Notes under the pieces: model-generated
The model's database searches: none
Told to the model about the DNA's origin: nothing
Seen by the model: only the letters and a program-made list of their open reading frames with translations
Position numbers and translations under genes: made by a program
Part shown: positions 37,407 through 49,567 of the stretch, piece by piece
Layout of the letters: each line of letters starts with the position of its first letter
Position numbering within the stretch: the first letter of the stretch is position 1
NCBI GenBank assembly: GCA_038087875.1
Contig: JAXLNO010005889.1
Location: forward strand, 62,001 to 126,000
Direction: 5' to 3'
Length of the DNA: 64,000 bases
DNA from: Malacoraja senta
Taxonomy: Eukaryota

Positions 37407-39786
37407 GTAGGTATTTGATAAAGAATGTTGAACCAGATCAGTTGGAAAGCCAACTTCCATGCCACTAAAAGTATTATTGGTTTATTGTGGAATTCCTGTC
37501 TTCCAGCATAGTTGCCTTTTTCTTTCAAGTGTGCATAAATCTTGACAATGCTACCATTTATAGAGCTGTTCCCTACATTTAGAGGGAAAGGACCCCTGAA
37601 AATAGACTAGTGATGCCACAGCTGCATAAGATTCTAAATATGGATACGGATCGGATAAAAATGTAAATCATTGGAATAATGTTGTCAACCTCTTGGGCAA
37701 AATTCACATGTAATATATGTCAGGATTTGAAGCGCTCAATGAAAGGAAACGATTGTATAGATCATTTCATTGACAACCTGAAACAACGGCCAGTGTTTAT
37801 GGCATTAATACCTTAGAAGGAATGGGCTAGTTACTGATCTCAAAGAAACCTGGACATAAATATCTCGGAATCTCTGAGACACAAACTTAGCCTCTGCTGG
37901 CATCAGTTGCTGTTCGACAACACCTCTGGGGGGATTTCTGGTACCTAGCCATAGTGATTTCATCACTGAATAACCACTCACGTAACTAAAACCCCACATA
38001 GCAAACCGGAAAGTGGAAAAAACAAATGCCAAGAAATTCAGCCTTGGACAGTCGCATCAAATGCATCATATAGTAGCATCCGCACATTGCACCCTGCCTC
38101 AAAATTCATTCAATTGAATAAAAGGGATTACATTTCGGAAGCAAAAATGAACCACATAGCCACCACTATATAGCAAATGGCACCATCCTGATTGGGGATG
38201 GCTTATCGGCAATAACGTTTGATTAAGTTATTAACCTCCCCTGCAAGATTTCAAATGTTATTTCACACTCTATAAACCAAAAAAAATAAACTTTTCAACT
38301 TTTTATATAATTTTAAATAGTTTGCAATTTTACCGGAGGGACTGACATACCATGTGAAATAATAGGTGTTTTTTTTAGGTTGTTAGGCTACATTTATGCC
38401 TTGAGACTGCATTACAACTCAGTTACTTCTCAAGTAATAAAAAGGCTGAGTATCTTCAGCTTTTCCACAGTGGGAATAGTTAGGAAATATCTTCAACACA
38501 GTGCAGGATGAGGGGGTGCAGGGAATCACTTAAAGCAGCTTCAGTGTTATAGTGACTAATGTCACCTAGGGAGTACTCTCAGATGTCCTTCATGAAAAGT
38601 TTCTGGGTTGATGATATTGCTCAGATATTGTAGCATTAATTGCATATAGGTCCCATGTAATTACAGTGTCACCATAATAATCGGTGATAGGTCATCATTG
38701 AAATCATCATCAGTTTTGATTATATTCTGTGTTTTTACTTTCTTGTGAATGTTAACGATCCTAGAAATTACTGTTTGCCACATTAACCTAAGAACATCAT
38801 GTACACTCCACTGACATCCACCATTTACCATTTTAACAGAGGCAATAATTCATTTGTTTCAAATCAGTTCAATAAAATCTAGTGCAATAGAAATTTAATG
38901 TAAAGATCTTAAGCACTTGTGCACCAAACCTGCAAATAGACATTTCTAATCTAATGATAATTTCCAGCGTATACAAATCAAACCATACCAAATCAATGTA
39001 AAATATGATGTGGCTTCTTGCAAAAGGCTAAATTATTCATGTCTTGTTTTACAAATGGAAGTGTATTTGCAATGTAATCAGTGATTGAAATGTCTCCGAA
39101 AACTAATCCAAGAACATATCCCAAATTAATTGGAAGTGAATCAGTATGTCTCCTCGTTTTACCCCACCAACAAATACACCTTTCCTTTTAGAGTGAAATG
39201 TGATATTTGCTTTTTAATTAATCTTAAGCTCACCTTAAATGTATACTTTTAAAAATATAGCTCCATATTCCTTTTGTTCTCATTTCCAACAACATAAGAA
39301 TATTCAGATCCAAACTTCCAAAGCAATTAACTTCTATAGGTGCAGTAGAGGCTTTGATGACGAGTTACACTGTTGCCATCCAGTCGATTGGCCCCATGTA
39401 TTTAGGTGCAAACCATTCACATTTGCCTGGCCTGTTGGGAACAATTGTACATTTCAGCCAAGCATTTTCATGTGCACAAAAGAAAGGAAATTATATGATC
39501 AGAATTTCTTCACTGCACATAGATTACTTGTTTGTTGTTTTGAACGTAAAATTCTGGTGCTCATGGAGAACTGAGGTAACCCAAAGAAGATCTAGAAGAG
39601 GAAACATGAGTGTCAACATAGTCAAAGCCTTCCTTTATTGACCATATACCAGAATACCAGCTAATCACTAGAGTTTGCAAATTTGTGATTATTTGGAGGA
39701 ATTCATACTTGCAGCCAATATGTAATGGCCACAGAAGATCTTGCTAAAATCATCCAATCTTAAGTACTAGGATGGCCACATCCTTT

Positions 39787-40337
39787 AGGGGCTGTCCCAC
39801 TTGGGCGACCTATTCTGCGAGTTCTGGCGAGTTTGCCCTCGATTCATACTCGCAGCATGGTCGACACGAGGTCGTAGGAGGTCTTTGTAACTCGCCTTCA
39901 TGCTCGAGAGTAGTCCCCATGTACTCGAGGCCTCAGCTAGGTTGCGGCGTATTTTTCAATGTTGAAAAATGCCCGCGAATAAAAAAAGGTCGCCATGGAA
40001 AATAATTGATACTTTTTTTACTCGTAGGCTTAGTCGTAGTAGATCGGCATGTTAGTCGTGAGTTATCGAGGGTAGTCGATGGTAGTCGTAGATAGTCTTC
40101 ACCATAGTCGAAGGGAGGTCGAAGGAGATCGAAGGAGGTCGTCTTCACTCTCCACTATTCGGTGTCCAATTTTCCCGAAGTTCGTCGTAGCTAGTCGAAG
40201 CTAGTCTTCAACATAGTCGAAGGAAGTCGAAGGAGGTCTTCTACATAGTCGAAGGAGGTCTTCAACATGACATTTTTTCAAACTCTCCTAAACTCTTCTA
40301 AACTCGCCAATTTGGTCGCACAAGTGGGACAACCCCT
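39787..40337. mobile_element. MITE (PIF/Harbinger-like) with internal GTCGAAGGAG/GTCGTAG repeats
   Basis: TIR AGGGGCTGTCCCACTTGGGCGACC versus AGGGGTTGTCCCACTTGTGCGACC (22/24). TTT on both flanks as a possible 3-bp TSD. Confidence 0.88.
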
Positions 40338-42779
40338 TTTCTCTGTGCTACAATTTACAGTTTTACCCCTTGATCTGGCCGATTAACGTAGATTCTGCAG
40401 GTGCCTGCAAACTTTGCAGGCAATTTATAATGAACTCAGCAGTCCATAGAAGATCAGATATTCATGGTTTTTACTCAGTTATGTGTATGCTGGTATGACA
40501 GAGAAGGACATGTCTGTCTGACAATATATTGAGGACAGATAAAGGGAAAACCCTCTATAAATGGCAGATGTATTGATCTTATTGTCTTTTTCCTCTCATC
40601 TTCTACTAGCCAAGGAAGGCTCTTACGAACCTGAGTTGATTCAGACAATTTCCAGAAAGCTACTACCACAGTTTCCTGAAATGTTATCTGTTTCCTTCAA
40701 AAGAGATTCTTTGACTAGCATTGAATCCCAGATGCAACTTTCAAACCAAGTGCTGTGAAAGTTGGGATAGAAAGTACAGCTTCAAATCTACAACTGTTTG
40801 TCCTACATTATCTCATATTGGCATGAATTAGTTCATGGTGACCTATTCCCAGTACTGATAGGGGACTATATATTTATTTGGAGAAGTATGTATGCATTGT
40901 TTCTTTTTTTCTAATGTTCCAAGGCTTTTTGAAACTGGAAAATACATGTCTAATACATCATTTATTAGTTCAGTGATCCTGTATCAAGAAAAAAAGACCC
41001 AAAGTGTAATTTAGTAGCAGCTCTTTTCTCAGGCAGGCTTGATGTTCAAGTCTAGGTTTGCATAAATAGGAGTATGGCTAATATAACATGTGTACAAAGG
41101 AAGTGTACACATGATTATATAAATGGCTAGATTAAATACACTGTTAAATGTTTAGAGTATCTAGATTTGGTGTCAAGACTTCTTTTTTCCATTTCAAATT
41201 GTGTATTTGCTGAGCAGGTTCCAATTCTAGTATCTAATCGGAAACTAATGATGTCAAATCATAACTTCAAATCATCAGCCCTGATAATTATAAAACTTTA
41301 TATTTCACTTTTCCTGAAACAAATAAAAACAACAATCCCTTGAATTTATTTTTGTATCTCATAATCAGTCAGTGACCTTTACCCAAAACAATTTTTAGAT
41401 TTTTTGTAAATTTTGAAAGATGATTAGATGACCTCCTGCAGCAAAAATACTTATTTGGACTTATTTAGTGGAACTTGGGATACCTCCTCAGGTTTTCTTA
41501 ATCACAGGAATGTTGAATGATCTTAAATGATGTGCATCTTCTAAATTTCTGCCCATTCAACGCACATATATTTTCATGTCACCTAATTTTAGTACAGTGT
41601 TTGTTCATTTTCTCCCATCTTTTTTCATCTTCTTCCATCTGGAGTGGCAATTGTTACAATAAAATAATCCAATTACAGATAGGACACAAAAAAATAAGTT
41701 GAAAATTATTGTTTTTGTTGGAATTACAATACTTTTGCTTGTGTATTTATGTCTTCACTAATCCTCATGGATCTGGGAGTCGTTATCTTTTAGTTGAAAA
41801 GCCAGAATGAGGACAAACTCTGCCAAATCAAATCAAACTGGTAAAGGTGGGCTTGGGAATGAGATCATGGAACATGTTCAAGACAGTTTCTCAACACGTT
41901 GTGACCCCAGTCAGGGAGCAGAGTAACAGTTGGTTGTGTGTAATGAAACAGGATTGATGATTAATTTTAGAGCAAAGGCTTCTCTGGAAGAAGAAGAACC
42001 AAAATATGGTTGAATTTTTCATTCAGGTTGAGAGTAACAAATATAAAACCAAAGCTATAGCCTCAAACTTAAATAAAAGCGAAGTTGAATGAATGAGTTG
42101 GAAATTGGACCAAAAGGTATGAAAATAGAAAAGCAGCAGCTGAGTTGAAGACATACACTGTATTTCATAACGTTCACTTGAAGCATATACATGGTCAGTT
42201 AACTCCTATTGTTCATGCACAAATTGGATGAAGATTGTGTTACCGATTATTTCTTAGTAGTTGCCATCAGGAAATTGTACCAGGCCTCTCTGGGCGCTGT
42301 TCATAATGGTACACCTAATGCTTCTCCAGCTTCGGATGCACATTAGGTTTGTGATTCATGTGAAGCCCATTTCTGCCCTTATGGAGATAAACTGGAGCCC
42401 TCAGTGCAACCTAGAACCAGCGTGGAACAGTCACTGGGAGCACATTGGTTGCTACCTGGTGGCTTTTCTCATTATTTAATGGCAGAATTTGCTGAAGCAG
42501 AGAGATTTGACTGGGGAGCTTCAGAACTCACCACAGGTTACTCAACCATCTTCCAAAGTGAAGCGAACAGGATTTCTCCCCAAAGATTACCTCCCTTTTT
42601 TACAATCTTGGAGGAGATGGACCCTTTTCATTATCAGCTTTTTGGAGGCCAATCCTCTATGTGGGTGGTGCAGAGAATAGATTGTCTTTGTCTGGTGGTG
42701 TATGAAAGTCTGTCTATTTTAAAACAATTATAATTCCTTACAATGTAGAAAGAGGCTGCTCAGTCCATCAAGTTCAGTG

Positions 42780-43035
42780 TGTGCCTCAGAGCAATCCCAT
42801 TCTCCCACTTATTTCCCAGTAATCTATTCTCTCACACATGGTGAATAACAACCTGTGATTATCCTACCAGTCACCTCCAAGATGGATAATTTACACTCAC
42901 CAGTTGATTTGACAACCAGCACATCTTTGAGATGTGGGAGGAAACTGGAGTGTCCAGGGGAAATCCATGCAGTCGTAAGGAGAACATTCAAACTTCATAC
43001 ATAGCATTGGAGTCAGCATCAAACCAGGACAGCTG
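42780..43035 (-). mobile_element. Old HE1-like V-SINE, reverse orientation
   Basis: gatgtgggaggaaactggagtgtccagggg is the reverse complement of the V-domain. Confidence 0.7.
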
Positions 43036-43824
43036 CACTACCTCTTGACTTGCTCTTTTGGAGTCTGCCATTGTTGTTGTATCTCTAAGTTAAACTAAAC
43101 TAAGCAATGGGTCTATTGGAATCCAAACTGAGATCAGTTAAGTTAATTATTTTTGAGTATGATCACTAATTCACTCCGTCCCTCTATTGATGACGAATTG
43201 TAGACTGATATGGCAGCAATTATCTGAGTTGTGTTGATCCTGCTTTCTGAAGGCAGGAATTGTGTCGACAACCATCCACGTTGTGGGGGAGAAGTCTGTA
43301 TTGGAGCTGTACTGCAGTAGCTTGACTAAGGGTCCCTAAGTCTGGATTATTACAGTCAGGGTGGCATTTGGTCCTGTAGACTTTGCTGTATCCCATACAT
43401 TCTGCAATTGCTTGATCTAATGTGTAGTGAATCAAATTAGCCAAAAACTAGCTGTTTTGCTTCAGGCTAATCCCGACAAATTCTCTGCTTGAAACTTCTG
43501 ACTGAAGACGCTTTCAACTGCTTCAGCTAGGTCACATTTTTTAAAACTTTAAATTTGCTTCAACTTCCCAGGGGCCCAAACCATTACTTCAATAAGTTTG
43601 TGATTTCTTTGGTCTTTGATTTAAGTTGCTGACAATAAAAAGCATCCGCTGCAGTATCAGATCAACGCGTGTCATTGCACGAACGATGTTGATCAAGGGT
43701 TACCTTGTGTGGTAATTGAGAGTTTACTAGGAGGAATTAAACCTCATTTATAGAAATACCAAGCGTTTAACAGCTGAGTGCCTGAAACACATGGGAACTC
43801 ATCACCATAATAAAACCAGTAGGG

Positions 43825-44620
43825 GGTTTAGTCAGAGGATGGTGAATCTGTGGAATTCATTGTCACAGAAAGCTATTTTTAAGGCAGATAGATAGATTCT
43901 TGATTAGTGCAGGTGTCAGAGGTTATGGGGAGAAGGCAGGAGAACGGGGTTGAGATGGAAAGATAGATCGCCATGATTGATTGGTGGAGTAGACGATGAG
44001 CCGAATGGTTGAATTCTGCCCCAATGACCTATGAACTTAGGAGCATGCCAGGAGCATCATTCCTATTCAGTGGAGCTAAATGCATGTTAACAGTTACTGC
44101 ACAGTCTTCTTAATCTGACTCTGAAATTTAGTTCTATTGAAGTCAATAGAACTGAGTTCAGAGTTAGACGCTCTTCATTATCCCAAGCACAAAGTAGGCT
44201 TAACATTAGACTAGGCTTCTTTTTATTTGCCTGGTTGTAGATTATATATATACTTTCACCTTGAGAATATTGACACCTAAAAAATGTTTGATCTGTAATC
44301 TTTATTATTTAGAAGAATGAGGGGTGATCTTATTGAAACATGTAAGATCCTAAGGGTAAATGTTGAGATGTTTCTATCAGTGGGAGACGCCTGAACTAAT
44401 TACGAAGGGGTGGTCAATTAAAACTAAGGTATATTGGAATTTCCTATCACATTAGGTGGTTAATCTCTGGAATTCTTTACATCAGAGAAAAGTAGAGATT
44501 AGATCACTAGAAGCATTTTTGAATAGTGGACGATTGAGGAACATGTGGAACTGGCGTAGAAGAGGAGGCATGGGGCAAATGAGCCATGATCATATTGAAT
44601 GGTACAGCAGGCTTGAGAGG
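43825..44620 (+). mobile_element. Two CR1/HER1-type LINE 3' fragments (about 43825-44040 and 44308-44620)
   Basis: SQRMVNLWNSL, RRMRGDLIETCKIL and CR1-like 3' UTR motifs. Confidence 0.75.
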
Positions 44621-45595
44621 TCAAGGCAGACGGTACAGATCAATGAGGAGAAGGACAAACAGACTCAAAAACAGTTTTTATCCCACAGCAATAACTACAC
44701 TTAATGTAGCCACCAAATGAGTGCAGGTGTGCTACACACCAAAGGGACTGTGAAATCGACAGAAGAATGTGTTTTTTTTCATGTTATTTATTTTAGTTGT
44801 TTATCTTAGACTTTTGCTCTTAGAAAATGTGTGACTGGTGCACTGACTGGTTGGCATTTCTAATTGCGTTGTACATGTTTACATGTTATAATGACAATAA
44901 AGTATTCATTCATTCATTCATTCATTATTCCAGCTCCTATTTTTTCGTGTGTTTCTGTATCACTGCCCAAAAGCAAATCATCTGAACCCCGCCTCACCTT
45001 TGTCTGCTGAAAGCTGGGTGAAATTATGTAGCCTGCCAATATAAACATTAAGTTTCAAATTCCCTTTTTTACCAAGCTTTATTAGACAGGCTTGGCAATT
45101 ATGTCATTTTGAAACCATATCACCCTATTCAGAAACCCAGCTGACCTCCCTTGCCAAGATTATTTCTTAATCAAATATTTGAGTTTCTTAATCAAGCATT
45201 TGAGTTTCATCGTGTTGTATAAACCTGGGAGTCTTTGTATTTTCAGCTTTGAGATTGCTCCTTTGTATTCGTCATCGGAAACATGTTTAGTGAAAGCTGA
45301 AAATTATTTGAATTGGACCCTGTGAATTAGTTTTAAATAAATTCCGCTTAAGTATGGCTGTAATGAGCCCAGTCTTTTTGGTGGAAGTAGAACATATGAG
45401 CAGAGTAATCTTTTCCAACTAGAGTGCACATTATGTATCTTTATCATAGAATCTCATTGAGATATGCTGTACGCTTGGATTTATTATTTTAGATTTTAAA
45501 GATTGACAGTAATCTCCCAAAGCAAATAGTGCCATCATCCATGACAACTTATTGTTCTTGTAGATACACTTCTATATGTCTTATCTGTATTTGGA

Positions 45596-45923
45596 ACGGT
45601 AGAGTGGCACAGTTTGGGGGGTACAATGGCGCAGCTTGTGGAGCACCAAAGACCCCAGTTTGATCCTGACCTCGGGAACGTCTGTGTGGAGTCTGTGTGA
45701 TCTCCCTATGGCCGTATGGACATCCTCCGGCTTCTCCGGTTTCCACCCACATCCCAAAGAAGTGCAGGTTTGTGGGTTAATTGGCCTCTATAACTCAGCC
45801 CTAATGTGTAGGGAGTGACTGCAAAAGTGGAATAACATAGAACTAGTGTGAACTAGTGATCGATGGTTGGCATGGACTCTGTGGGCCGAAGGGCTTGTTA
45901 CCATGCTGTGTCCCTAAACTAAA
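45596..45923 (+). mobile_element. HE1-like V-SINE
   Basis: Head, V-domain and (ctaaa)n tail. Confidence 0.8.
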
Positions 45924-46280
45924 CTGGACACACTTGAGGCAGGAAACATGTCCCCGATGTTGGGGGAGTCCAGAACCAGGGGCAACAGTTTAAGAATAAG
46001 GAGTAAGCCATTTAGAACGGAGACGAGGAAACACTTTTTCTCACAGAGAGTGGTGAGTCTGTGGAATTCTCTGCCTCAGAAGGCGGTGGAGGCAGGTTCT
46101 CTGGATGCTTTCAAGAGAGAACAAGATAGGGCTCTTAAAAATAGCGGAGTCAGGGTATATGGGGAGAAGGCAGGAACGGGGCACTGATTGGGGATGATCA
46201 GCCATGATCACATTGAATGGCGGTGCTGGCTCGAAGGGCCGAATGGCCTACTCATGCACCTATTGTCTATTGTCTATTGT
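45924..46280 (+). mobile_element. Young HER1/CR1-type LINE 3' end inserted in a SINE tail
   Basis: ORF 45948-46187, (ctattgt)n tail, TSD CTAAACTAAA at 45914-23 and 46281-90. Confidence 0.9.
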
Positions 46281-48566
46281 CTAAACTAAAAATCTTTTGC
46301 CTTTGACCATACAAGATCAGACATTGATACTTTAGATTGTATTTGACTAGAAATTAGATTTTTAGAACCCTTGTTCTTTATCAAGAACTCAGGAGAGTGC
46401 TATTCATGCATTGCATTGAACTCCAGCTGTAAGTGCATTGGGTTCAACAGTATTCCACACAGCACCTGCAGTTAGCAAGCTATCAGCAATGTGGGGCTCA
46501 CTTGCTGGAGGCTTGATCAAGTGCTGTGTATAGTTCAGTCAATATGTGTCCTTTCTGTGTGTATTTGCTGTTTGCTTGATTTCTACATTACATGCTTCAG
46601 AAAGCGTACTCCGTCATGAATCAGTGAGCAAGAAAATATATAATTGTGCACTGTGACAATCACATATTTCTTCTTAGTTTTAAAGCATGGCCAAAATAAG
46701 TAAATAAATAAGTGCCCTCATCAATAAAGCAACAGATTTAATTTTTTGAGTAATTGCTGTATTAAGGTATCAGAGAGGAAACTCATACCATACCGAATTA
46801 GATACACCAGATGTGCAGTCAGAAACCCAGAAGATTTAGTTTAAAGGTTCCTTGCAGAGAGCTAGGGGATTTTTAATGTCTTATTTTATTTTGAGGCTGG
46901 TAATTAGTAGTACCAGACCTCTAAGGTGCAGTATCTAATGTACGTACAATGGCAAGCTGCAGAAATAGTTATGGCTTAGTAGACGTGGGCATTTATTTGC
47001 TTAAATTGACAGGTTGATAATTGCCTTCTACTCTGAATATATACTGGCATAAATATTGAAATAACCAATGTCAGATTAACATGGTCTAAGCACTTATATA
47101 GTCACTTAGTATTTATCCATGGATGTCTCAGACACAGCTGTTGTTCCATCTCAAAGGATGTTATACCAGCTGTGTTATTTCTTTATATTTGGGGATGATA
47201 CATCAATGTCTTTTCAACCTGCTCCTTAAATAGTTATGTCTGTACCAGTCTTCACCATTAAGTGCATGCAATGATTCAGATGTTCAAATATCAGGGAAAT
47301 AATCTTCAATATATTAGCTTGAGCATTGGCATTAAAGGAAAACATGCTTGAATAGAGGTCCTGAGATATGACCACCAATCTTAAAATATTTTCTGTTAGG
47401 TCCACACCACAAGATCTTTATCTCATTTTACTCAGAATCACTGGTGTAATCCCAATTTAGCCATGGGCTGAATTCAAACTCAAAGCAAACAGCAACCTCT
47501 GAAATTGAATGATTGTCTTCTGTTTCTTGCATGTTATGAACCACAAATGTGGTAAATTTTGAACTCTTTTGTTCATTTTTTTTAGTGATCTTCAATGCAT
47601 TGGACATAGGTCCCCTTAAACTATTGTTTTTATTGTCACTCATCTTCTTCTTCCTGGCAATAACAGAGACAGATTGCAGTAGGTGTACCTCATGCAGGTT
47701 GCAGAACAGATTGGAAGCACAACTACGACCTAACAACATCCATTGACCATTGCAGTGAAATATTTGTGTATTCACTTGACTTAGGATTGTTACATTGAGT
47801 CCTTAGAAGTGCAAAGAAAATTATCTCCCATTGAACTCAATGAGAAATATAACTAATGCCTGCAAGTGTTAATTAAGGATCCTCGCTAATTGGAACTGTA
47901 AAGGAAATTAACATGATTTATTTTGTGTGACCGTAGAAATGGGAATGAATGTGTATTGCATTGCATAGAGATACGACAGAGGGACACTGTGTTTTACATT
48001 TATGATTCCATGCATTGTGATATACTCTTCTCTCCTTCATTTAAGGAGGGAATGTCAAGCAAAATACTTTGATTTTGTATTGCTGATCTGAATTAGTCCT
48101 TTTCCACAATTTGAATTCCTGGAGTCAAGGCTCAGTTCTCCATTTAATCTGATCACACCACTCAGGGTGTGGTAATATGGACGGGAAGAATGATGTTAAT
48201 CAGTCTTGAAATGTTGTAACCCAAGGCTGCCTGGAGTTCCCAGTCACCGCGTATGTGTTCCACTTTTCCATTTTCTCAATTAACTCTTGCCAGAGTGAGC
48301 TGCAGGTAAAGCTGTCATGTCCTGTCATTGTGCGTGAAAACCCTGCCGTAGTCTTTTTTTTTTTTTAAAGAAAAATGACGGTGTCTTTTGGTGTGTTCAG
48401 GTTCCTGTTTCATTTTCATTGATGTCAGATGCTGTGTATGTGGAACCCTCGGACATTATTGAGCATTCTTCTCATGTACCTGAATGTCATCATTCGTTTA
48501 ATGAATTTTCTTCAAATTAAATGGATCATTCAGAGTCTTAACTGCTTTGTTTTTGATTAATCTCAG

Positions 48567-48612
48567 CTATCACGGCAGTGTTGTTGTGACCAGGTCCTCA
48601 ACACCTCAATAG
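48567..48612 (+). CDS. IGSF9B: Candidate alternative 46-nt exon encoding a short C-terminus (G)YHGSVVVTRSSTPQ*
   Basis: tttgtttttgattaatctcAG acceptor. Open in the phase left by the 37406 donor, ends in TAG followed directly by a GTAAGG donor. No transcript evidence. Confidence 0.6.
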
Positions 48613-49244
48613 GTAAGGGTTGAATCCATGTCTGAAAGGGGGGCAGCAGGAGGGGCTTTTAATCTCATTTTTCCTTTAAAGGGGAATACAATACCTGGAA
48701 CCTTCATTATCCTCCATCACTTCCCTTCATATTCAGTGTTCTTTAATGTTCCCATGTTATTTCCTCCTAATCCGCAACTGTGGAACACTCTGCTCCATTC
48801 AATTTCTGGTTAGATGGGAATGGAATGAGACATGATTTTCATCGCGCAACCCCAGCAGAGTTGCTGCATCAGGTGGGTCGTAAACTGGTCCGTTTTCTTT
48901 GTTTTGTCCTGTTTAACCACTCCAGCCATCCTTGTGATCAGGTGTTTCCCGAACAGGCAGAAATATTCCTCCCTGAACATAATGAAAACAAATAAAAAGG
49001 TATTACACAGGCCTTTATGTCCAGAATGGTCAGTGTTCAAAGCACTCACGAAAGAAAAGCAGTATTATTTATTTGCCTATTGAATGATACCACATTGTTC
49101 ATTTGTTTCAAACTGTAATACGAGAATGGGCTAATTGCTCAGTTCATTCAAAGAGTCGAACAGACACAATGGATAGAAGGTCCACATGCTTTCCTACACA
49201 ATTCTACTTCATCCAGTAGACTTCTGATAAGATTCTGTGTTGAA

Positions 49245-49567
49245 ATCACAGTGGCGCAACCAGTGGAACTGATGCTTCACAGCTCCAGCAGCCTTGGTTC
49301 AATCCTGACCTCCAGTGCAGTCTGTGCACGTTCTTCCTGTGACTGCGTGGATTTACCCATGGGGGATCGTAGTTTCCTCCCACACTCCAAAAACATGTAG
49401 GTGGATAGATAATTGTCATTGTAAATAGCCCCTGGTGTGTAGATGAGTGGTAGAATCTGAGGGTGTATTGATGGGAATGTATAAAATGGCATCAGTCTAA
49501 ATGAGTGTCTGATGGTCAGTATGGACTCGGTGGGTCGAATGGCCTGGTTCCAATGATTCTATGACTA
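49245..49567 (+). mobile_element. HE1-like V-SINE (older)
   Basis: cacagtggcgcaac...ggttcaatcctgacc...gtttcctcccacactccaaa. Confidence 0.78.

Noticed and set aside
35746-37410. 554-aa ORF as a stand-alone gene
   Set aside because: It starts at an internal GTG of a spliced IGSF9B exon with a valid upstream acceptor.
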